NCBI GenBank assembly: GCA_965112635.1
Contig: OZ218778.1
Span: forward strand, 2,528,001 to 2,592,000
Origin: an uncultured bacterium
Lineage (GTDB): Bacteria > Oederibacteriota > Oederibacteriia > Oederibacteriales > Oederibacteriaceae
Direction: 5' to 3'
DNA: 64,000 nt
Numbering within the stretch: the stretch's first letter is position 1; each line of letters begins with the position of its first letter. The notes below the pieces were generated by a model. That model did not search any database, was not told where the DNA came from, and saw only the letters and a list, made by a program, of their open reading frames with translations. This document shows positions 8,116 through 16,995 of the stretch, piece by piece. A program made the position numbers and the translations under genes.

Positions 8116-9554
8116 GCGCCCGCCTCCCTTTTTTTGCGGATAAACCATTCCACGAGCATCCAGCCCAGGCACAAAACGCACAGCTTCAGGCAGCAGGGCG
8201 CGAACAACCAGCCCCAACGGCTGTAAAAAGTGCCGCCTGTCCGCATATAGGCCGTGCCCACCAGCACCCCTTCCTGGTCCAAAGGCATGGCGTTTTGGAT
8301 CTCTCCCAAGGGGTCAATGATCTGGGACACTCCGGATGAGGCGGCCCGGACCAGCCACAAGCCTGATTCCACGGCCCGCATAGGGGACATGGCCGAATGC
8401 TGGAGGCGCTGGACATCGCCCCAGTCCGAAGGGTCCAGATTGGGGTCAACCAAAAGCTGGGCTCCGTCCCTGACCAGCTTGCGGGTGCCGTTCTCAAAAT
8501 CCAGGTCATAACATATCTGGATGCCCAGCTTGCCCAGGCTGGTCTCTAGCGGCCTGGGATCACGGTTGGGAGGCAGGGGCCTTTCCACATAGGGGATGGG
8601 ATGCTGCTTGTCGTAGCGCCCGATCAATTTCCCTGCAGGCGACAGGGCCCAGACAAAATTCTGCCATCTCCCCTTTTTCAGGTCTTCGGACACGATATTG
8701 CACCCGACCAGGGTAATGGCCTTGGTCCCTCTAAGGCTCCGGCTCAATAATTTGAAATAGGCGTTTTCCTGTCCGGGCTGGATGGGAAAAGCGTCCTCGT
8801 GCCACACGCACAGGTCTGCGTTTCGTGCCGCCGGAATGAGGCTTAGCCTAGCCAGGGTTTCCAGGGTGCAAGACTCGCTTTGCACCAGGGCCACGGTCAC
8901 AGGCTTGCCGTCTTTGGTCAGGAAATGGGACATTCGGTACCCCCCCCAGAACCAGGCCACGGCCAGCAAAAGCAGGGGCAGCAAAAGGCCCAGCAGAGAC
9001 TTTTTGCGGCACAGGACCAAACTCACGCCGGCATTGACCCAGACCACTAGAGCGGACAGGCCGTAAATGCCCAGGATGCTTGCGGACTGCCGGATGTTGC
9101 TGTTCACGGACTGGCTGAATCCCAGGCTCATCCAGGAATTATTGAGCCACCAGACCTCTGACCTGAAAAATTCCAGCCCTGTCCAAAACAAGCCGGCCAG
9201 CAGCACCCAGACAAACCTGCGGTCCTTTCCCTGTATAAAACGCTGGTCCCAGGCCCAGGCTAGCAGCATCATGTGCAGGGCCATGAAAATGGCCAGGACG
9301 CACCAAAAGGCGACGGCCACGACCCCAAACAGCTTGAGGAACCAGTTGAGCGACAGGCCGTAAAAGACCAGGCCAGCCACGGCTCCCAGGTTGGCTGCCG
9401 GGCGGATGCCCTGGCTGTGCAGCACAGCGTAAATAAGGGGGACCAGGGCCACCCAGATGATGGGACAGGTGGGATAGGGAGGGAAAGACAGGAAAAGCAG
9501 GACGCCGGACAGGACAGCCAGCAACCACGGAAATACTCTGGAAAATATTTTCAA
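8112..9554 (-). CDS. lnt: Apolipoprotein N-acyltransferase
   Basis: Multi-TM N-terminus (LSFPP, EFFRS, GIYGLS) and a nitrilase-fold triad (WHED, YDKQH, ICYD); QH and MRAVE motifs. Confidence 0.9.
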   Translation of the reverse strand: MKIFSRVFPWLLAVLSGVLLFLSFPPYPTCPIIWVALVPLIYAVLHSQGIRPAANLGAVAGLVFYGLSLNWFLKLFGVVAVAFWCVLAIFMALHMMLLAWAWDQRFIQGKDRRFVWVLLAGLFWTGLEFFRSEVWWLNNSWMSLGFSQSVNSNIRQSASILGIYGLSALVVWVNAGVSLVLCRKKSLLGLLLPLLLLAVAWFWGGYRMSHFLTKDGKPVTVALVQSESCTLETLARLSLIPAARNADLCVWHEDAFPIQPGQENAYFKLLSRSLRGTKAITLVGCNIVSEDLKKGRWQNFVWALSPAGKLIGRYDKQHPIPYVERPLPPNRDPRPLETSLGKLGIQICYDLDFENGTRKLVRDGAQLLVDPNLDPSDWGDVQRLQHSAMSPMRAVESGLWLVRAASSGVSQIIDPLGEIQNAMPLDQEGVLVGTAYMRTGGTFYSRWGWLFAPCCLKLCVLCLGWMLVEWFIRKKREAGA

Positions 9555-9566
9555 AACTCTCCCCTT

Positions 9567-9827
9567 CTACTCCGCTCTAAATCTAAAATAGATGGTCAAA
9601 CCCAAGAGGATCAATATAGACCTTATTATGATTACGACTGCAATATTTTCTGAGGGTATAGGCATGGCCAGGCCAAGCAATACGAATATGACCAGCCCGA
9701 TTATCCTGAACCGGCTGAGTACTCCCGTCGGCAAGAGCGCTCTTTTTTGCGGCGTCTTGCACTTCGGGCAGATGAGGGTCTGGCTGGATAGTTTCCCTCC
9801 GCATTTATAACAACGGGTCAATGCCAT
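9567..9827 (-). CDS. Small zinc-ribbon membrane protein
   Basis: CYKCG...CPKC followed by two hydrophobic helices; SD GGAGGGAAG. Confidence 0.7.
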   Translation of the reverse strand: MALTRCYKCGGKLSSQTLICPKCKTPQKRALLPTGVLSRFRIIGLVIFVLLGLAMPIPSENIAVVIIIRSILILLGLTIYFRFRAE

Positions 9828-9861
9828 GGTCTTCCCTCCGATTCAATCCCCCTGCCCTGTC

Positions 9862-10428
9862 CTACGGCGAGGAGGAGGATTCCAGCTCCTGAAGCTTATC
9901 CCCCACGAGTCCGCCTATCCTGTCCCCGGCCTGGTAAAGGACCACGCTAAAAACGACCAGCACCACGGCCAGGATGACGAACGCCCACAGGTGCCTGGAC
10001 TCATAGCGTTCGATGGTACGGGCAAAGGCGACCAGGCCTATCAAAGCCGCCACGACAATGACGCCGTCCACGCTGGCCCTCTGCCAGTAGCTTCCGCCCA
10101 AATGGAGCCACATCCCGAACTCGTCAAAGGTCAGGGCCAGGGCCACCCCGTAGAGCAGGGCCGTGATCTCAGCGGCCCTTCCCGTGGGCCTGCGGAACAC
10201 GCTGTAGCCGGCCACCAGGGAAAGCAGGAAAATGCCGTAATTGAGGTGGTGCACATGGGTTCCCTGCGTGAAAAAATACATATTGGGGACCGCTTTGGCC
10301 ATGATGAGGAAAACCATGATCCTGGCGAGCAAAAAAGTGACGATGAACCCGAACAGGGTCCTGCGGGCCAAACGGTGGGCTGTTTCGCGGGGCATGGGTT
10401 TTTCTAAAAGAGTTTCTTTGGCCGGCAT
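9862..10428 (-). CDS. Conserved-looking integral membrane protein
   Basis: Several TM helices with HVHHLNYGI and LTFDEFGMWLHL motifs; function unknown. Confidence 0.7.
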   Translation of the reverse strand: MPAKETLLEKPMPRETAHRLARRTLFGFIVTFLLARIMVFLIMAKAVPNMYFFTQGTHVHHLNYGIFLLSLVAGYSVFRRPTGRAAEITALLYGVALALTFDEFGMWLHLGGSYWQRASVDGVIVVAALIGLVAFARTIERYESRHLWAFVILAVVLVVFSVVLYQAGDRIGGLVGDKLQELESSSSP

Positions 10429-10509
10429 GTTCCCTCCAAGGTTATTGCAACTTTATGATTTTACCCTACAAAAACCTTGTTGGGGAGATATTCATGAATG
10501 TTTCGGACT

Positions 10510-11643
10510 TCAGCCCTTGAGCTTCAGCGCCGCCATGACCTGGTCCGTGATCTGGTTGATCAGGGCTTCGGTTTCCGGGGCAGCCGGGCCCGCGGCCTTG
10601 CTTTTGCCGCAATTCCCAGGGCAGGCCGAGGTACCGTGCACTTTACAGCAGCCCTTGGCTCCTGCCTGGCATTCCTTGGGGCAGACCGTGATGCCGCAAT
10701 TCTCTATAGGAACATCGCACAGGGCGCACTCCTTGCCCGTGAACCGGGGGTCCACGATGCCCAGTTTTCTCTTTGTTTCAAGGAGGGCCGTGGTCTCGTT
10801 GTCCGATATCCGGGTGATGGGCTGTCCCAGCTGGGCGGCCAGCATCAGGGTCCGGCAATAGGTCTCCACGACCTCCACGCACCATTCCGCGTGGGTGACC
10901 GAATCAGCCCAGCAAACCAGGCCGTGGTTTCCCATCAGGATGGTGTTGTGGTCTTTGGCCAGGGGCACGACCTGGTCAGCCACGCTCTTGGTTCCCGGTG
11001 TGCCATAGGGAGAAAAAGCCACCATGCCCACGAATATTTCCGCCTCAGGGATGATGCAGTTAGGCGGGGTAACCCCGGTAATGGCGTAGGCCGTGGCGTG
11101 CGGCGGATGGGCGTGGACACAGGCTTTGGCCTTGGGCTGGGCTTTCATGATCTCCAGATGCAGGATGATCTCGCTGGTGCTTTTGTTGTGGCCGGCCACC
11201 TGTTTGCCGTCCTCCAGCCTGACCATGCAGATGTCTTCCACGGTCAGGTCATTCTTGCTGACCAGGGTGGGAGTGCACAGCACGTACTGGTCCGAGATGC
11301 GGTAGGAAATATTGCCGCCGTTGCCGTCCACAAAATCCCGCTGCCATAATTTCCTGCCGGTCTGCACCATTTCTTTTTTGATGGCCATGGCTTCACTGGA
11401 ATTGAACAGCGACTCAATGGAGCCGAAATAGGCCTTGGGGCCTGCCGGGGTGGCCAGGACCGGCCTCATGATAACGACCGCGGTCCTTTTGACCGTGATC
11501 CCATGGCCCACCACGATATCCTTGGCCGTGGAGGTCACCACCGCGTCGCTGGACAAGACGATCTCCCCTGCTCCGGCGTTGACCGCCGCTTCCAGGTCCC
11601 TGCCCGTGATCACCGCTTTTCCCTGCAGGTCCATGCTGTTCAT
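10510..11643 (-). CDS. BMC-associated class II aldolase (rhamnulose/fuculose-1-P aldolase-like, PVM signature enzyme) with an N-terminal extension, Cys-rich tail and C-terminal encapsulation peptide
   Basis: GNGGNISYR, TSEIILH, VHAHPPHAT and NHG Zn-site motifs; C-terminal amphipathic TEALINQITDQVMAALK. Confidence 0.9.
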   Translation of the reverse strand: MNSMDLQGKAVITGRDLEAAVNAGAGEIVLSSDAVVTSTAKDIVVGHGITVKRTAVVIMRPVLATPAGPKAYFGSIESLFNSSEAMAIKKEMVQTGRKLWQRDFVDGNGGNISYRISDQYVLCTPTLVSKNDLTVEDICMVRLEDGKQVAGHNKSTSEIILHLEIMKAQPKAKACVHAHPPHATAYAITGVTPPNCIIPEAEIFVGMVAFSPYGTPGTKSVADQVVPLAKDHNTILMGNHGLVCWADSVTHAEWCVEVVETYCRTLMLAAQLGQPITRISDNETTALLETKRKLGIVDPRFTGKECALCDVPIENCGITVCPKECQAGAKGCCKVHGTSACPGNCGKSKAAGPAAPETEALINQITDQVMAALKLKG

Positions 11644-11661
11644 TTTCTCCTCACCCCTTTT

Positions 11662-11970
11662 TTAATTAGTTTTTGGGCCGTCGATCGGCCTGTAATCGAT
11701 CTGTTCCACGATCAAACCGCAATAAATATCCACCGCTACATTCCTCGGATAATAGGCGTTGGTGCCTTCCCGGCCTTCCACATAACCAACCGTCTGTCCC
11801 ACGGCCGGGTTGAGATGGGTGGCCACCACGACCTGGCGGCCCGTGGCCGCGCCCTTTTTGCTCCGTAGATCTTCCCGGGTCAGCGTGTCCACGATCAGGA
11901 AATGCGTATCCGTAAGCTCCGGGATGAGCTTGTGGTTCACGACTTTGCCTCTCACGATGCCTAAGTTCAT
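11662..11970 (-). CDS. BMC vertex protein (BMC-P, EutN/CcmL family)
   Basis: MNLGIVRGKVV...EGREG...VDIYCGLIVE; 102 aa. Confidence 0.85.
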   Translation of the reverse strand: MNLGIVRGKVVNHKLIPELTDTHFLIVDTLTREDLRSKKGAATGRQVVVATHLNPAVGQTVGYVEGREGTNAYYPRNVAVDIYCGLIVEQIDYRPIDGPKTN

Positions 11971-12233
11971 CGGCTCACCTCGTCCACGATGCCTATGACC
12001 ACCAGGCGGCTCGGCGTGCTCTTGTCGTTGGTCACACGGCGGGCATGGTCCCCGTCCGTGGAAACCATCACCAGGGAGCCGTATCCGGCCCCGATATTGT
12101 CCATGATGATCTGCGGGTCGCCCTCGGGCTGGTAGTCCGCGTTGACCCTCTGGCCTATTAAAAGCCTCTGGTTTTGGAAGCTTTTGTGCTTGGCCGTGGA
12201 GGTCAAAGTGCCTTCAATTCTGGCTAAGAACAT
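11967..12233 (-). CDS. BMC vertex protein (BMC-P, EutN/CcmL family)
   Basis: MFLARIEGTLTSTAKH...DNIGAGYG...VIGIVD. Confidence 0.92.
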   Translation of the reverse strand: MFLARIEGTLTSTAKHKSFQNQRLLIGQRVNADYQPEGDPQIIMDNIGAGYGSLVMVSTDGDHARRVTNDKSTPSRLVVIGIVDEVSR

Positions 12234-12244
12234 TGGTTGCTCTC

Positions 12245-13714
12245 CTAGGTAAAATTCAAATTGCCGCCGATGACCAGCTGGCGCTGTCTCGTAAAGGTCA
12301 GCGGGGTGGTCACTCCCTCGCCGGTCGGAGTGGCAATGCTGTAGCTCAGGTATCCCGGCCCGTCCAGCCCCAGGCTGGCCGCGCAGTTGGCGTTCTGCAC
12401 AAAGAGCGTGGTGTTCATGGCCCTGGCCATCCTGCTCACATTGTTGATGTTATTGGAATGGATGAGCGCGGTATGCTTATAGCCATGCTCGGCCTTGACC
12501 GCCGCCCGTATGGCCTCGTCGATATTGGGCACCCTGACAATGGGAACAAAGGGCATCATCTGCTCTTCCTGGACGAACGGATGGTCCTCGTCGGTCTCGC
12601 CGAATAAAAGGTCCACCTGGCCGCTCAATTTGAGGCCGGCCGCCTCCGCCAGGAAACTGGTGTCCCGGCCAATGAATTCGCGCTGGACATGGGCCTGGGC
12701 GCAGCCGGCGCCCTTGTCTTTTTCCATGGTAAAAGCCTTCTGGGTGAGCTTGGCGATCTGCTCCTGGTTGAGCTCCACGGCTCCTGCCCTTTTCATGGCC
12801 GCGATAAAGGCGTCCGCCACGCTCTGCAGGACGAACACCTCTTTTTCCCCGATGCAGAGCAGGTTGTTGTCAAAAGAAGCGCCCTTGATGATGTCCTGGG
12901 CCGCTTTGTCCAGGTTGGCGGTCTCGTCCACTACGACCGGCGGATTGCCCGGCCCGGCGGCGATGACCCTCTTGCCCGCTTTCATGGCCGACCTCACCAC
13001 AGCCGGCCCGCCCGTTACGCAGAGGAGGGCGATGTCCTTGTGGTGAAAAAGCTCCACAGCCGACTCGATGGACGGTTTTTCCACGGTGCAGATCACGTTC
13101 TCCACGCCGGTCTTCCGGACGATCTCCCGGTTTATGGACCGCAGGGCGTGCACAAAGCATTTGCTGGCCAAAGGATGGGGGCTAAAAACGGCTGTGTTGC
13201 CCGCGGCAAGGATATTGATGGCGTTGCCGGCCATGGTCGGAACCGAATGCGTGGCCGGGGTGACCATGCCGATGACCCCAAAAGGCGCGTAAGCGGTCAG
13301 GCTCACGCCGGTGTGGTCGCTGCGGGCCCCTGTCCTCAGGGCCTCCACGCCGACCACCTTTTTGACAAGTTTTAGCTTCTCTATTTTATGGTCCATCCTG
13401 CCGATCTTGGACTCTTCGAACTCCATCCTGCCCCAGTTTTCCGCCTGCTGTTCGCACATCTCGCGGATGACCTTGATCATGACATCCCGCTCGTCCAGGG
13501 TCATTTGCTTGACCTTTTGCTGGGCGGCCAAGGCCGCGGCCACCGCTTCGTCCATGGTGGAAAACACTCCGTCCGAGCCGCCTGTGCCGCCCCGAGGAGC
13601 CGCGGTCCTTACGGGGGCTGTATCTTCTTTTAAATGGGGCTGCAAACGCCGGACCACTTCCTGCACAATGGCGGAAACGTCCACATCCTTGCCCTGTATC
13701 GTGACTGTAGCCAT
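12245..13714 (-). CDS. CoA-acylating aldehyde dehydrogenase (EutE/PduP family) with an N-terminal encapsulation peptide
   Basis: PFGVIG, TGGPAVV, AGPGNPPVVVDETA, catalytic Cys in FDNNLLCIGEKE, and IATPTGEG; N-terminal VSAIVQEVVRRL. Confidence 0.93.
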   Translation of the reverse strand: MATVTIQGKDVDVSAIVQEVVRRLQPHLKEDTAPVRTAAPRGGTGGSDGVFSTMDEAVAAALAAQQKVKQMTLDERDVMIKVIREMCEQQAENWGRMEFEESKIGRMDHKIEKLKLVKKVVGVEALRTGARSDHTGVSLTAYAPFGVIGMVTPATHSVPTMAGNAINILAAGNTAVFSPHPLASKCFVHALRSINREIVRKTGVENVICTVEKPSIESAVELFHHKDIALLCVTGGPAVVRSAMKAGKRVIAAGPGNPPVVVDETANLDKAAQDIIKGASFDNNLLCIGEKEVFVLQSVADAFIAAMKRAGAVELNQEQIAKLTQKAFTMEKDKGAGCAQAHVQREFIGRDTSFLAEAAGLKLSGQVDLLFGETDEDHPFVQEEQMMPFVPIVRVPNIDEAIRAAVKAEHGYKHTALIHSNNINNVSRMARAMNTTLFVQNANCAASLGLDGPGYLSYSIATPTGEGVTTPLTFTRQRQLVIGGNLNFT

Positions 13715-13730
13715 AAGAAGTTCTCCTTTT

Positions 13731-14027
13731 TTACGGCTTGTTGACTAACTTGCCTTCGACCTCGATGGAATCCACGATGCCGATGATGACCGTGTCCACC
13801 GGCGCGTCCTTGGTGGCGTCCGTGAACCGGGCCGAACTGCCCTGGGTGAACATCACGAACTCTCCCTTGCCCGCTCCCACGCTGTCCACGGCCACGAAGG
13901 TGTTGCCCGTCGGAGCCCACTTGCCTTCCTTGGTGATGAAAGGCTGCACGTAGAGCAGTTTCATGCCCTGGCATTTTTGGTTCTTTTGGGACGACACCAC
14001 TTGTCCGATAACTTTGCCTAATAACAT
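13731..14027 (-). CDS. BMC vertex protein (BMC-P, EutN/CcmL family)
   Basis: MLLGKVIGQVVSSQK...VAVDSVGAGKGE...QGSSAR...PVDTVIIGIVD. Confidence 0.95.
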   Translation of the reverse strand: MLLGKVIGQVVSSQKNQKCQGMKLLYVQPFITKEGKWAPTGNTFVAVDSVGAGKGEFVMFTQGSSARFTDATKDAPVDTVIIGIVDSIEVEGKLVNKP

Positions 14028-14090
14028 GGTTGGCTCTCTTTCCCGCGCCGGTCGCTCAACACGGACCGGCCTCGATTTTTGAAAAAAGGG

Positions 14091-14360
14091 TTACGGCAGT
14101 ACTATTCCCAGGCTGTCATGCGGCCGGGGAATGACCTGGACGCTGACGACCTGTCCGGCTTCCTTGGCGGCCACCGCTCCGGCGTCCACCGCGGCCTTGA
14201 CCGCGGCCACCTCTCCCACCACGAAGCAGGTGCAGAACCCGCTGCCTACTTTTTTCCACCCTTTGAACTGGACGTTGGCCGACTTGAGCATGGCGTCCGT
14301 TGCCAAAACCAGAGGCGTCAGGCCCTTGGTCTCGATCATTCCTATCGCTTGCTGTGCCAT
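14091..14360 (-). CDS. BMC hexamer shell protein (BMC-H, EutM/PduA family)
   Basis: AIGMIETKG...DAMLKSANV...GEVAAVKAAVDAG...VIPRPH. Confidence 0.95.
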   Translation of the reverse strand: MAQQAIGMIETKGLTPLVLATDAMLKSANVQFKGWKKVGSGFCTCFVVGEVAAVKAAVDAGAVAAKEAGQVVSVQVIPRPHDSLGIVLP

Positions 14361-14391
14361 TTGCCTATCTCCTTTCCCCTTTTAGGGATAT

Positions 14392-15540
14392 TTAATTTTT
14401 ATTCCCGATGACCTGGGCTGCGGCCCTGGCCACGACGATCTCTTCGTTCGTTTTAATGACCCACACGGCGACCTGGGAATCCTCGCTGGAAATCCTGGTC
14501 TCCTGGTCGCCCAGGGCCTGTTCATTCCTGCTTGGGTCCAGCTTGACCCCGGCCCACTCCAGGTTGCTCAGCACGTTCTTGCGGACAAGGGGGTCCTTTT
14601 CTCCGATCCCCCCCGAAAAGGTGATGATATCCACCCCGTTGAGGCACACAAAAAAAGACCCCAGATACCGGCGCACCCCGTAGGTAAAGGCATCAATAGC
14701 CAGTTGGGCCTGGGAGTCCCCGGCCCCTGCCGCTTTTTTGATGTCCCGCATGTCCCCGCCCTTCCCGCTCAAGCCGGCCAGGCCGGATTCTTTGGACAGG
14801 ATGAGGGTGGTCTGTTCGATGGTCAAACCGAGCTCTTTCATCAAATAAAGGATGGCAAAAACATCCACGTCGCCGACCCGGTTGTTCTGCGGCAGGCCGC
14901 TCTGCGGGGTCATGCCAAAACTGGTGTCCACGGCCACCCCGTCCTTGACGGCGGCCATGCTGGAACTGCCTCCCAGATGGCAGGAAATATGCCGCAGGTC
15001 CTTTTTATCGCAAAGAGCCTTGGCCCGCAAAGAAGCGTAGTGGTGGCTGGCCCCGTGGAATCCGAGCTTTTTAATATGCTGTTCTGTCCTCCATTTATAA
15101 GGCAGGGCGTAGGCCGACACGCAATCCGCCATGGAATCGAAAAAGGCGGTCTCGAAAAGGGCCACCAGAGGAACTTTGGGGGCCACCTGCTGGAAAGCCC
15201 TCATGGCCGCGATGTAGGGAGGGTTATGGGCCGGGAAAAGGAAATTGTAGCTTTCCATGGCGTTTAAAAGCCTCTCGTCTACCCGGTGGCAGCCGCTCAT
15301 GTCCTTGGCCCCGATGGTCTTGAAACCCACTCCGCTGAGTTCGGACAGGGACTGCAGGGGTTTGCCCGGTCCCACCATTTCCTTGAGGGAAGCGTCGATG
15401 GCGTCCTCGTAATGCAGGAATTGTCCGCCCTGCTGGCCTATCCGCTCGACTCTGCCTTCGCTCAGCACGGTCTCGGTTTCCATCTCATAGAGCCTGTATT
15501 TGAATGAGGTGCTGCCAATGTTGGCCACCAATATTTTCAC
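14392..15540 (-). CDS. ackA: Acetate/propionate kinase
   Basis: NIGSTSFKY, PAHNP, FETAF, GFHGASH, HLGGSSS, FSGGIGE and TNEE motifs. Confidence 0.92.
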   Translation of the reverse strand: MKILVANIGSTSFKYRLYEMETETVLSEGRVERIGQQGGQFLHYEDAIDASLKEMVGPGKPLQSLSELSGVGFKTIGAKDMSGCHRVDERLLNAMESYNFLFPAHNPPYIAAMRAFQQVAPKVPLVALFETAFFDSMADCVSAYALPYKWRTEQHIKKLGFHGASHHYASLRAKALCDKKDLRHISCHLGGSSSMAAVKDGVAVDTSFGMTPQSGLPQNNRVGDVDVFAILYLMKELGLTIEQTTLILSKESGLAGLSGKGGDMRDIKKAAGAGDSQAQLAIDAFTYGVRRYLGSFFVCLNGVDIITFSGGIGEKDPLVRKNVLSNLEWAGVKLDPSRNEQALGDQETRISSEDSQVAVWVIKTNEEIVVARAAAQVIGNKN

Positions 15541-15561
15541 TGCGTATTGCTCCTTGAACGG

Positions 15562-15837
15562 TTATTTTAAAAACCCTTCCTCAATGCACTCGTGGGGCTG
15601 GGAAATCACGTGGTAGGCCGCCAACTCGCCGTTGACCGCCTTGACCGCCGCGATACCGGCATCCACGGCCGCTCTGACGCTGCCCACATCGCCTTTGACG
15701 ATGGTGGTCACCAGTCCGCCGCCGATCTGGATATTGTGCAAAAGCTCCACCTTGGCCGCCTTGCACATGGCGTCGCTGGCGTTGACCAGGCCTGCCAGGC
15801 CTCTGGTCTCTATCATTCCGATCGCTTCGTTCATCAA
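15562..15837 (-). CDS. BMC hexamer shell protein (BMC-H)
   Basis: AIGMIETRG...DAMCKAAKV...IGGGLVT...GDVGSVRAAVDAG. Confidence 0.95.
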   Translation of the reverse strand: MMNEAIGMIETRGLAGLVNASDAMCKAAKVELLHNIQIGGGLVTTIVKGDVGSVRAAVDAGIAAVKAVNGELAAYHVISQPHECIEEGFLK

Positions 15838-15859
15838 AGTGTCTCCTTTTTAAAAGTTA

Positions 15860-16147
15860 TTATTTGCCTTTCTTGTTCCCCGGCTCCGCATAGTTGGACA
15901 ACTCTTCGTGCGGGTGAGGGATCACCTGGGCGCTGACCACCTTGCCCAGCTTGGCCGCGGCTTCCGCGCCGGCGTCCACCGCCGCTTTGACCGCTGCCAC
16001 ATCGCCTTCAACAAAAGCGGTCACCAGGCCTGAACCGGCCGGCTCCCACTTAAGGAAGTTCACGTTGGCCGCCTTGCACATGGCGTCCACGGCTTCGATC
16101 AGCGGAACCATGCCCACGGTCTCGATCATTCCTAGAGCGTTCTTCAT
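15860..16147 (-). CDS. BMC hexamer shell protein (BMC-H)
   Basis: ALGMIETVG...DAMCKAANV...GDVAAVKAAVDAG...VIPHPH. Confidence 0.95.
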   Translation of the reverse strand: MKNALGMIETVGMVPLIEAVDAMCKAANVNFLKWEPAGSGLVTAFVEGDVAAVKAAVDAGAEAAAKLGKVVSAQVIPHPHEELSNYAEPGNKKGK

Positions 16148-16206
16148 TGGGTCATCTCCTTTCTTTTAGAATCGTGTCCGATCATGGAACAAAAACCCTC
16201 TCAACA

Positions 16207-16884
16207 TTATTTAAATAGTTCGACGTTCTTGGCGCGGTGCAAGCCGCAGGCATTCGCTTCATCCGTGTCCAGATGGACTTCCAATTTTGATTTGGGCTCC
16301 ACCCTCACGTGGACCTTGTCGAAAACGACCTCAGTGTCGCCGGTGGAGACCCGCAGTTTCATGATGTCCTTGTGCTTGACCCCGTAGTATTCCGCATCAG
16401 ACGGGCTCATGTGCCCGTGAATAGCCGCGCGGACCACGCCTTCTTTAAGTTCCAGCAGACCTGCCGGCCCCATCACATACGCGCCCGGTGTTCCTTTTAT
16501 ATCCCCCGAGATGCGCACTGGCACATTCTCGATACCCAGGGTGATGGCGTCGGTGTAGGCCAGTTCGATCTGGGTGTAATTCCGCAGGGGTCCGAGGATA
16601 CGCATATTGGAGATGAGGCGGCTCTTGGGCCCGATAAGGGTCACGGTCTCTTTGGCCGCGTAAAAACCATCCTGGTAAAGGTCTTTAAAAGGGGTGAGTT
16701 TGGCGCCTGGCCCGAATAGGATTTCCAAGTCGGATTGCTTGAGGTGCATGTGCCGGGCTGAGGCGTTGACCACCAGGGGCGACGGCTTGCCTTTCCCTGG
16801 GGCTGGGGTACTTTTAGAAGCTGTTTGTTCCAATAGAACTTGCCGGACTACATCGGCAACCATGGACCTGGTCAAGTTGGCCAT
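16207..16884 (-). CDS. pduL: PduL-type phosphotransacylase with an N-terminal encapsulation peptide
   Basis: SARHMHL, LYQDG, RILGPLR, HGHMSPSDA and HLDTDEANAC; N-terminal LTRSMVADVVRQVL; SD AAGGAGG. Confidence 0.95.
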   Translation of the reverse strand: MANLTRSMVADVVRQVLLEQTASKSTPAPGKGKPSPLVVNASARHMHLKQSDLEILFGPGAKLTPFKDLYQDGFYAAKETVTLIGPKSRLISNMRILGPLRNYTQIELAYTDAITLGIENVPVRISGDIKGTPGAYVMGPAGLLELKEGVVRAAIHGHMSPSDAEYYGVKHKDIMKLRVSTGDTEVVFDKVHVRVEPKSKLEVHLDTDEANACGLHRAKNVELFK

Positions 16885-16912
16885 AAAACAACCTCCTTAT
16901 TAAACTGGCCAA

Positions 16913-16941
16913 AGTATACTTCCACAATCGGTCAAAGTCAA
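16913..16941 (-). promoter_or_regulatory. Sigma70-type promoter for the pduL...aldolase BMC operon
   Basis: Minus strand TTGACT (16941-16936), 17-bp spacer, TATACT (16918-16913). Confidence 0.7.
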
Positions 16942-16976
16942 TCAAAATAATTCAATATCTTCCATAATTGTTCAAA
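16919..16976. promoter_or_regulatory. Candidate DeoR operator pair (18-bp direct repeat)
   Basis: CTTCCACAATCGGTCAAA (16919-16936) and CTTCCATAATTGTTCAAA (16959-16976) are 15/18 identical and offset by 40 bp, within the divergent promoter region. Confidence 0.5.
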
Positions 16977-16979
16977 ATG

Positions 16980-16988
16980 TGCTATACT
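16980..16988 (+). promoter_or_regulatory. Extended -10 promoter of deoR, probably giving a leaderless mRNA
   Basis: TGCTATACT ends 7 nt before ATG 16996, and there is no Shine-Dalgarno sequence in between. Confidence 0.55.
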
Positions 16989-16995
16989 CCTTGAT

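Noticed and set aside
7663-8217. ORF-track N-terminal extensions of the Tad genes (starts 7723 and 8217), and similarly purC (43695) and the PilZ gene (26960)
   Set aside because: Downstream ATGs give stop/start coupling or SD sites and put family motifs at the expected N-terminal position.
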